Shown here: positions 25,597-32,000 of the stretch, in pieces
Numbering within the stretch: the stretch's first letter is position 1
Layout: every line of letters begins with the position of its first letter
Source of the DNA: an archaeon
GTDB taxonomy: Archaea > Iainarchaeota > Iainarchaeia > Iainarchaeales > 1-14-0-10-31-34
Direction: 5' to 3'
Length of the DNA: 32,000 nucleotides
Assembly (NCBI GenBank): GCA_024277355.1
Contig: JAJRVL010000004.1
Coordinates: 150,001-182,000, forward strand
Translations under genes and position numbers: made by a program
The notes under the pieces: model-generated
What the model was told of the DNA's origin: nothing
The model's input: the letters and a program-made list of their open reading frames with translations, nothing else
Database searches by the model: none

Positions 25597-26802
25597 ATGC
25601 CTGAAGTATCCAATAGAACAAAAAATTTAGGAACAGAAAATGCTTTTGTTGTGTTAGCTGAAGTAAACAAAAAAAAAGCTTTAGGAGAAAACATAATTAG
25701 TTTTTGTATTGGACAACCAGATTTTGATACTCCTGAAACAATTAAAAATGCTGCAAAAAAAGCAATTGACTCAGGAAAATCAGGTTATACTTCTTCCTGC
25801 GGAATACTTGAATTAAGAAAAGCAATAGCAGAATCTGAAGGCAAATTAAGAGGCATTGAAATTAACCCTGAAAGTGTTGTTGTTGATTCAGGAGCAAAAT
25901 CATTTATTACTCATACAATAATGACTACAACAGATTTTGGTAAAGGACATGAAGTAATGTATCCTAATCCCGGTTACCCCATTTACCATGCACAAGCAAC
26001 AGTTAATGGCGCAGTTCCTGTTCCTTACAATATTCTTGAATCAAAAAACTTTAATTTTGATTTAAATGAATTTGAAAAAAGAGTTTCAGATAAAACAAAA
26101 TTAATTATAATTAATTCTCCTCAAAACCCTACTGGAGGAGTATTAACAAAAGAATCATTAAAAGGAATAGCAGACATTGCAATAGACAAAGATTTATGGG
26201 TTTATTCAGATGAAATTTACTCTAATATTTTATTTGAAGGAAAATTTGAAAGTATTGCTTCAATTAAAGGAATGCAGGAAAGAACAATTATTGCAACAGG
26301 CGTCTCAAAAACTTTTGCTATGACCGGCTGGAGAATAGGTTATGCAATAAATGAAAAACTAGCTGAACATTTTACGACTTGGGTTACAAATATTAATGCC
26401 TGTGCATGTCATTCAAATCAATATGGTGCAATTGCAGCTTTAACTGAAAAAAACGCAAAAAATGATGCAGATAAAATGACTGAATCATTCAAAAAAAGAA
26501 GAGACATAATAGTGGAAAAATTAAATGAAATTCCGGGATTTAACTGCTTAAAGCCTTTAGGAACATTTTATGCTTATCCAAATGTAACTAAAGCATGTGA
26601 AATAACCGGAATAAAAGACTCAGAAGAATTAAGAAAAAAATTATTAAATGAAGCAAAAGTTGCAGTACTTTCAGATATTCATTTTGGGGAAAGAATCAAA
26701 ACAGAAGGAGAACATTTAAGGTTTTCTTTTGCTACATCAGAAGAAAACATAATTAAAGGAACTCAAGCAATAAAAGAATTCATGGAAAAAAATTTAAAAT
26801 AA
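25597..26802 (+). CDS. Class I/II PLP-dependent aminotransferase (aspartate aminotransferase-like)
   Basis: GQPDFDTP, NPGYPIY, INSPQNPTG, YSDEIY, VSKTFAMTGWRIGY (PLP lysine). An SD-like 'gagggg' lies upstream. Confidence 0.85.
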   Translation: MPEVSNRTKNLGTENAFVVLAEVNKKKALGENIISFCIGQPDFDTPETIKNAAKKAIDSGKSGYTSSCGILELRKAIAESEGKLRGIEINPESVVVDSGAKSFITHTIMTTTDFGKGHEVMYPNPGYPIYHAQATVNGAVPVPYNILESKNFNFDLNEFEKRVSDKTKLIIINSPQNPTGGVLTKESLKGIADIAIDKDLWVYSDEIYSNILFEGKFESIASIKGMQERTIIATGVSKTFAMTGWRIGYAINEKLAEHFTTWVTNINACACHSNQYGAIAALTEKNAKNDADKMTESFKKRRDIIVEKLNEIPGFNCLKPLGTFYAYPNVTKACEITGIKDSEELRKKLLNEAKVAVLSDIHFGERIKTEGEHLRFSFATSEENIIKGTQAIKEFMEKNLK

Positions 26803-26804
26803 AT

Positions 26805-28115
26805 TTAAGGAGAAACAGTATTTCCATCTATTATTGTAAGATTTAAGTCAAGATTCTGGCTTTGCTGATTTTCTTTAACATCAATTTCAATTACATTTGA
26901 TTCCTGTTCTAATTTTTCTATGGCTATTACAGTTCCAGTGCAGTCAGATAACACTGAATAATCTAATCCGTTTAAAGTATAATTAATTGTTAATTGTTCT
27001 TTTACTTTTCCTGAAAATTCTCCCATTAAATTAAATACAGTCATTTTTCCTGAAGCAATTGTCTGAGGACAAGCATTACAAGTTAAATCAGAAGACCCAG
27101 TAAAACCAGTTAATTCAATTGAGGAATCAGAATTATTTTTTACATGCAGAATTAAGTATTTTGGTTCAGGTTCAAAATAAGTTATTTCAATAGGACTGTC
27201 AGCAGAAGTAATGCAAAAATCTTCTTTAAACGAATTAATTTCATTTATTTGATTAACTGGATTTACTCCAAGCAAAAAAGCTTTCATACAGCCATCCATT
27301 AATTCAAACAATTTAAACTGCAAGTCAAGTATTTCTTTTTGGTCTTTAGTTTTAACTTCGTCAAAGCCTCCTTTAGTTGCTTTAACTGAATTATTTTTTA
27401 AATTAACTTCAAATACTACTGTGTCTTTTTGTGCAGTAATAGAACCTGAACCAGAATTTCCGCCGGCATAACTGCAGTCTCCTGAAGGCACAATAGAATA
27501 TTTAACTTCAAACAATCCATTTCCTTTATCTGAAATTTCTTTTTGGAAATCAACAACACAATTTTTTGTTTTATTAATCTGCATTTGCAAAGCATTTAAC
27601 TGGGTTTTATTTAAATTAAAATCATAAGTTTTATTGCTGACTCCATAAGGCATTTGTGAAGCTAACTCCTGACTTTTTTTTGAAATTTCAACTAATTTTT
27701 CTGCGTTACATAAATAAGAGTCATTAAAGTTTTTTTCAAATATTTTAAAGAGTTTTCCTTCATTTGTTGATTCAATTAAAGCAAAAACTTTTTTATTTAC
27801 ACTTGATTCATTAAATTCTAATTCAACTTCTTTTGAAAAACTATTTTTTTCAGCTGAAATTTCAATTAAAACTTTTGAGTCATTTAAACTGCATTTAAGA
27901 AGAATATCATTAGTTCCTTGCTTTAAAACAAAATTTTTTTTACACGAATCAACTTAATCAGAAACTTTCAGTAAAGCAGTAGTGCTTTTATTTGAATAAA
28001 CATTAATTTTAATGTTTTCATCTGAAATTTCAGCAGATTTAATTGTAATCTGAGGCTGAAGCAGACAACCGGAAAACAAAATTAATAATAAAGAAAAAAA
28101 GACAAACTTTTTCAT
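26805..28115 (-). pseudogene. Lipoprotein of unknown function interrupted by one in-frame TAA (codon 54); pseudogene or read-through candidate
   Basis: My reverse-strand translation from the ATG at 28115 gives MKKFVFFSLLLILFSGC... (signal peptide plus lipobox), then a TAA at 27954..27956. The same frame continues without further stops into the ORF-track ORF 26805..27653, and (28115-27653) is a multiple of 3. Confidence 0.7.
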
Positions 28116-28168
28116 AAAATTAAAAGTGTTAAAACTATTATTTAAACCTTTAGGAAAACAAAAGTTTT

Positions 28169-28732
28169 ATGGAATTAATTTTTGTTACAGGAAATAAACA
28201 TAAAGTAGAAGAAATCAATAAAATTTTAGGAAAAAAAATTAAAATAAAACAAAAAAAACTTGAAATAAAATAACCAAAATTAAATTCAGTTAAAGAAATT
28301 GCAGTTATTAAAGCAGTTCAGGCATTTAAAAAAACAAAAAAACCTTTAATTGTTGAAGATACAGGAATTTATTTTACTGCATTAAAAAATTTTCCTGGAA
28401 CAGAACCAAAAAGACAATATCTAAAACTTGATTTTGATGGACTATTAAAAAAACTTAAAGGAAAAAAAAGAAATGCTTTTTTTGAAACAGTAATCTGTTT
28501 TACTGACGGAAAAAAAACAAAAACTTTTACAGGAAAAATGTATGGAAAAATAACAAAAAAAGTTTATTTAGAAAAAAAAGATGTTTTAGCTTACGAAAAA
28601 ATCTTTGTTCCAAAAGGAAAGAAAAAAGTTTTAGCGTTTTTTTCAAGAAAAAACAAAAATAAATTTTCTCACAGAGCAAAAGCAACTGAAAAACTAAAAA
28701 AGTTTTTAAAGAAAATTAATTACTGGATTTAA
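28169..28732 (+). pseudogene. Non-canonical purine NTP pyrophosphatase (HAM1/RdgB/ITPase family) interrupted by one in-frame TAA (codon 35)
   Basis: The N-terminus MELIFVTGNKHKVEEINKILG is the family's FxTGNxxKxxE motif. A TAA lies at 28271..28273, and the same frame then gives PLIVEDTGIYFTAL.NFPG...FSHRAKA, running into the ORF-track ORF 28538..28732. Confidence 0.75.
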
Positions 28733-29713
28733 AATTAAATAACTTAAAGCTCCGATGAAAGCTGTAACAGGAATAGTTAAAATCCATGCCCAAATAATGT
28801 TTCTTGCAATTCCCCATCTAACCGCAGAAAGCCTTTTAGTTAAACCAACACCTATAATTGAACCAGAAATTACATGAGTTGTACTTACAGGAATTCCAAA
28901 TAAACTGCTTCCAATGACTACTCCTGCTCCTGCAGTTTCAGCACAAAAACCATTAATCGGCCTTAATTTAGTGATTTTAGTTCCCATTGTTTTAACTACT
29001 TTCCAGCCTCCTGCAATTGTTCCTAAAGCAATAGTAGTGTGTGAAATAATTATAACCCACCAGGGAATATCAAATTGAGTTCCAAGAAAACCACCTGAAA
29101 AAAGCATTAAAGAAATAATTCCCATTGTTTTTTGTGCGTCATTTGTTCCATGCCCTAAAGAATAAACTGAAACAGAAATTAATTGCAATTTTTTAAACCA
29201 GTTATTAATTTTTCCCGGCGGCTGATTTTTAACTAACCTTGAAACCAGAGAAGAAAAAAGAAAAGAACCAATTGCTCCTAAAAACGGAGCAACAAAAATA
29301 AACGCAAAAACAGGAAGAATTCCTGACAAAATCAATGAATTAAATCCAGCTCCAATTAAAGCTGAACCAAGAAAACCGCCAATTAAAGCATGAGAAGCAG
29401 AAACTGGCAGACCAATATACGAAGAAAAATAAACCCATGCAATTGAACCAATTAAACCGGCTAAAACAATCGTTACAGTTACAGCTTCTAAATTAACTAA
29501 ACCTTTTCCGATTGTTTTAGCTACAGCAACAGAAAAAACAAAAGCTGCAATAAAATTAAAAAAAGCAGAAAGCAATACAGCCATTCTTAAAGACAAAACT
29601 CTTGTAGCAACAATAGTTGAAATTGCATTAGCTGCATCATTTAATCCATTTCCAAAATCAAAAACTAAAGCTAAAATTATTCCAATTACAACCAGCAAAA
29701 AAGGGTCAAGCAT
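28706..29713 (-). CDS. Inorganic phosphate transporter, PiT family
   Basis: GNGLNDAANAI and GHGTNDAQKTMG are the duplicated PiT signature. About 10 TM helices. Confidence 0.9.
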   Translation of the reverse strand: MLDPFLLVVIGIILALVFDFGNGLNDAANAISTIVATRVLSLRMAVLLSAFFNFIAAFVFSVAVAKTIGKGLVNLEAVTVTIVLAGLIGSIAWVYFSSYIGLPVSASHALIGGFLGSALIGAGFNSLILSGILPVFAFIFVAPFLGAIGSFLFSSLVSRLVKNQPPGKINNWFKKLQLISVSVYSLGHGTNDAQKTMGIISLMLFSGGFLGTQFDIPWWVIIISHTTIALGTIAGGWKVVKTMGTKITKLRPINGFCAETAGAGVVIGSSLFGIPVSTTHVISGSIIGVGLTKRLSAVRWGIARNIIWAWILTIPVTAFIGALSYLILNPVINFL

Positions 29714-30347
29714 GTTTTACCACAATGCCTTCAATTAAAATTGCAACATCCTGTGATTTATCAGTTAAACTTTCGGCTCTTTCATATAAGTCTTTAAATT
29801 TAATTATTTTAACTGCATTTTTTTCTTTTTTAAACAAATTAGTTATGGCATCATAAAAAATTTTGTCTCCTTCATCTTCTAAGTCATGAATTTTTCTTAA
29901 ATGAGGATTAATTAAGTTAGGTTTCTTCATTAAAGAAACTGCTTTATTAACTTCCATTAAAGCCTGCAAAGATACAGCACATAAATCAAAAAAATTTTCA
30001 GGAATAGCTTTTATTTCATACTGCAAAAGTTTAGTTGCAATTTCATCCATTAAATCAACTAAATCATCCATTAAATGAGTTATTCCATGAATATCTTCTC
30101 TGTCAAGAGGAGTAATAAAACTTTTATGCAGTAAAGCAACAATTTCATGAGTTAAATGGTCTGCTTCCTGTTCAATTTTAACTATTTCTTTTACTTTCTT
30201 TTTTCTTTGAATTAAAGTTAATTTATTATAGTCCTTTAAAAGTTTTCCAAACAAACTTCCGGTTTTACAAACCATTTCAGACTGCTTTTTAAGTAAATCA
30301 AAAAAAACATCTTCCTGAGGCATAAAAAATTTAATTACTCTTTTCAT
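29706..30347 (-). CDS. DUF47 / PhoU-like phosphate transport regulator
   Basis: Helical protein with FITPLDREDI...DDLVDLMDE, always paired with PiT; 8-nt overlap with pit. Start set at MKRVIKFF (30347), with the TATA 'tttataaat' about 25-30 nt upstream. Confidence 0.8.
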   Translation of the reverse strand: MKRVIKFFMPQEDVFFDLLKKQSEMVCKTGSLFGKLLKDYNKLTLIQRKKKVKEIVKIEQEADHLTHEIVALLHKSFITPLDREDIHGITHLMDDLVDLMDEIATKLLQYEIKAIPENFFDLCAVSLQALMEVNKAVSLMKKPNLINPHLRKIHDLEDEGDKIFYDAITNLFKKEKNAVKIIKFKDLYERAESLTDKSQDVAILIEGIVVKHA

Positions 30348-30437
30348 GCTAAAGTTCGGTGAAACAAAATTTATAAACCATGTAGTAAAAAACAAAGCAT
30401 ATAATAAAAATAACTGCCTTAAACAATGATTTAAGCT

Positions 30438-30521
30438 GCACGAGTAGGAAAGCGGTCAAATCCGCAGGGTTTAGGACCCTGTCTCTTAGTGAGTTCGCAG
30501 GTTCGAATCCTGCCTCGTGCA
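30438..30521 (+). tRNA. tRNA-Leu (anticodon UAG), type II with long variable arm
   Basis: Manual cloverleaf: acceptor GCACGAG/CTCGTGC, D-arm GGA-AAGCGGTCAAA-TCC, anticodon stem CAGGG/CCCTG with loop TTTAGGA, 15-nt variable arm, T-arm GCAGG-TTCGAAT-CCTGC, discriminator A. No encoded CCA. Confidence 0.9.
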
Positions 30522-30585
30522 TTCGCGATTCCGCTCGCGAGTGACGGTGCAAGACATTCGCTTACGCTCAGTCTAGCTGCTTCGC
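30522..30585 (+). other. 64-nt GC-rich element with a perfect hairpin (TCGCGA-ttccgc-TCGCGA); candidate structured RNA/leader
   Basis: I counted 37/64 G+C against a very AT-rich background. There are four TCGC and two GCGA motifs. It is bounded by the tRNA-Leu 3' end and an A7 tract plus the coaW ATG. Confidence 0.3.
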
Positions 30586-30591
30586 AAAAAA

Positions 30592-31398
30592 ATGATTACT
30601 ATGATTGGAGTCGATTTAGGTTTAAGTTCATTTAAAGCAGTTCAAATAGAAAACAAAAAAATTAAAGAAAAAAAAAGAGTTTTTTTAAACGAAAAAGACA
30701 GCATTGAAAAACAAATTCAAAAATTTTTTTCTAATTCTTTTTTTTCTGAAGAAAAAATTGCTTTAACTGGAGCTTACACAAAAAAAGCAAAAAATATTCT
30801 TGAAAAAGAATTTAGTTTAGTTAATGAAATTAATTCAATTGGAAAAGGAAGTTCCTTTTTATCAAAAGAAAAAAACTTTCTGGCAGTTTCTGCAGGAAGC
30901 GGGACAGCTTTTATTTCATTTAAAAACAATAAAGCAGTACATGTAGGCGGAACTGCAATAGGCGGAAAAACAATTACAGGCTTAAATGAATTAATTATAA
31001 AAGAAAAAGAATTCAGTAAACTTGAAAAAAATGCATTAAAAGGAAATTACATTAAAACAGATTTAATGCTTTCAGATGTTTATCCAAAAGGAATTGGTTT
31101 ACTGAAAAATAATGTTTGTGTTTCTCATTTTGGTAAAATTAATTCAAAGAAAAAAACAGATTTAAGTGCAGGAATATTTAATTTAGTTTTACAGGGAATT
31201 TCAATTAATGCATTGTTTGCAGCAAAAGCTTTTAATCACAAAAAAATAGTTTTTTCAGGTTCATTATCTGAAACAAAATTATTCAAAAAAACATTTAATG
31301 AATGCAGAAAAATATTTAATTTAGCTGAACCAGTTTTTTTAAGCAACGCAGGGTTTGCTTCAGCTGTAGGAGCAGTATTAATTGCAGAAAAAAAATAA
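30592..31398 (+). CDS. coaW: Type II pantothenate kinase-like protein (ASKHA fold)
   Basis: GVDLGLSSFK (phosphate-1), LTGAY, EINSIGKG, SAGSGTAF, GGTAIGGKTITGL, SHFG, IVFSGS, NAGFASAVGA. Order and spacing match the remembered Staphylococcus CoaW. Confidence 0.7.
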   Translation: MITMIGVDLGLSSFKAVQIENKKIKEKKRVFLNEKDSIEKQIQKFFSNSFFSEEKIALTGAYTKKAKNILEKEFSLVNEINSIGKGSSFLSKEKNFLAVSAGSGTAFISFKNNKAVHVGGTAIGGKTITGLNELIIKEKEFSKLEKNALKGNYIKTDLMLSDVYPKGIGLLKNNVCVSHFGKINSKKKTDLSAGIFNLVLQGISINALFAAKAFNHKKIVFSGSLSETKLFKKTFNECRKIFNLAEPVFLSNAGFASAVGAVLIAEKK

Positions 31399-31435
31399 AA
31401 CAGTTTTTGATAAAACTTTTTTTGAAAAAGTTTTT

Positions 31436-31508
31436 AGGAGAATGGTCTAGTGGCTATGACATCGCCCTCACACGGCGAAGATCGGGAGTTCAAATCTCCC
31501 TTCTCCTA
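31436..31508 (+). tRNA. tRNA-Val (anticodon CAC)
   Basis: Manual cloverleaf: acceptor AGGAGAA/TTCTCCT, D-arm GTCT...GAC, anticodon stem TCGCC/GGCGA with loop CTCACAC, T-arm GGGAG-TTCAAAT-CTCCC, discriminator A. Confidence 0.88.
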
Positions 31509-31516
31509 TTATTAAT

Positions 31517-32000
31517 TCACGAATTTTTTATCAGTAAAATTTTTCCTTTAAAGCCGTTGTTTTTTATTTCAGATAAAATTGAAGTCATCTGCCATAAATA
31601 AAGAGTTCTTTCTTCAATTACAATTTCAGTGTAATCTTTATAGACAGTTGATTCAATTACTTTTGATGCAAGAAATTCATTCCTTAAATGTTTTTCCGGA
31701 TTAAATTCTTCGTCAAAAAATAAAATTCTGTAAGAATTAATTTTTCTTAAAGGAGTTGCTTCTTCAACATACAAATAGGAATCAGAATTAAATTTTTCTT
31801 GAAGTATTTTTTCTAATTCGCCTGTCCTGAAATTTCTTTCAGGAGAAATCAAAGCATAATAACTCCACCCTGCTTTATCTGACTTAATTATTTTCCCAAA
31901 TTTTTCAACTTCAAAATCAATTTTTTCTTTTTCAAGTAATTCAGGCAGACCATAAACAAATAATCCTGCTCCTGAATCCTTCTGCTGGAAACTATAAATA
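31517..32000 (-). CDS. Hypothetical protein; N-terminus runs off the right edge
   Basis: The reading frame stays open upstream of the ORF-track TTG start (31852) all the way to 31999 (...FVYGLPELLEKEKIDFEVEKFGKIIKSDKAGWSYYALISPERN...). No family recognised. Confidence 0.5.
   Translation of the reverse strand, partial: IYSFQQKDSGAGLFVYGLPELLEKEKIDFEVEKFGKIIKSDKAGWSYYALISPERNFRTGELEKILQEKFNSDSYLYVEEATPLRKINSYRILFFDEEFNPEKHLRNEFLASKVIESTVYKDYTEIVIEERTLYLWQMTSILSEIKNNGFKGKILLIKNS

Noticed and set aside
26805-28732. Genome-wide reassignment of TAA to a sense codon as the explanation for the two in-frame TAA codons
   Set aside because: Many well-conserved genes in this window end at a TAA exactly where homologues end. 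None of the other roughly 38 genes has an internal TAA. A local cause (decay, error or a site-specific event) is far more likely.
12433-30395. N-terminal extensions given by the ORF track for ribD (to 13587), the MiaB-like gene (to 8607), the ABC ATPase (to 21789), DUF47 (to 30395), DUF1858 (from 8615), HEPN (from 23355), the Dx-like ORF (from 12184), the Yip1-like gene (from 14086) and the DHFR-like gene (from 5713)
   Set aside because: The extensions are hydrophobic or low-complexity. They overlap predicted TATA boxes or upstream genes, and family-typical N-termini begin at the internal starts chosen.
30438-30521. tRNA next to the interrupted genes acting as an ochre suppressor
   Set aside because: With a 5-bp anticodon stem (CAGGG/CCCTG) the 7-nt loop is TTTAGGA. 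That gives anticodon UAG, which reads CUA/CUG Leu, not UUA. The long variable arm fits a normal tRNA-Leu.
30349-30552. 67-aa ORF on the minus strand
   Set aside because: It lies antisense across tRNA-Leu and the GC-rich element, so its 'protein' (HRHSRAESRMHEAGFEPANSL...) is just the translated tRNA. The real DUF47 start is at 30347.
30522-30585. C/D-box sRNA, or a second or split tRNA, in the GC-rich element
   Set aside because: There are no RUGAUGA/CUGA boxes on either strand, no T-loop (GTTCRAWT), and no acceptor-stem pairing longer than 4 bp.
31407-31601. 64-aa ORF on the plus strand
   Set aside because: It spans tRNA-Val and then runs antisense into the gene at 31517. It is an artefact.
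1-32000. CRISPR arrays, transposases/IS elements, integrases, prophage genes
   Set aside because: I saw no regularly spaced repeats, no terminal inverted repeats with a transposase ORF, and no recombinase-like ORFs. The only long exact repeat is the intragenic 139-bp permease tract.

Overview
Very AT-rich, densely packed window. The gene content points to an archaeon with a small genome and many bacterial-type genes, possibly DPANN-like; the lineage call is inference. Archaeal markers are Taw1/TYW1, an archaeal-type riboflavin synthase (RibC), an archaeal-type MiaB-like methylthiotransferase, and BRE/TATA boxes about 22-27 nt upstream of start codons (leaderless-style). Bacterial-looking genes are IspH, fused RibD and RibBA, ATP-type PckA, type II pantothenate kinase and a PerR-AhpC-SOD operon.

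I call about 41 genes, including 2 tRNAs: Leu-UAG and Val-CAC. The main blocks are:
- CysD-like gene plus a sulfatase-like gene
- tandem-domain ThyX, DtxR regulator and a DHFR-like reductase
- tRNA-modification radical-SAM genes
- DUF1858-IspH
- a RelE-like toxin pair
- an oxidative-stress operon
- a split riboflavin cluster
- a COG1361 surface protein with two FtsX permeases and an ABC ATPase
- a wHTH-nucleotidyltransferase/HEPN pair
- PckA and an aminotransferase
- PiT/DUF47 phosphate uptake

I found no CRISPR array, transposase or clearly novel multi-gene system.

The observations most worth checking are:
1. Two adjacent, divergently transcribed genes (a lipoprotein and a HAM1/RdgB NTP pyrophosphatase) each carry exactly one in-frame TAA.
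2. A perfect 139-bp repeat is shared by the two otherwise diverged permease paralogues.
3. A 55-aa tandem desulforedoxin-like mini-protein lies divergent from perR.
4. A TTAGG/CCTAA palindromic motif occurs upstream of dtxR and again in the miaB-like/DUF1858-ispH divergent promoter.
5. A 64-nt GC-rich hairpin-containing element sits between tRNA-Leu and coaW.
6. A 24/25-nt intergenic motif recurs next to small secreted or membrane protein genes.
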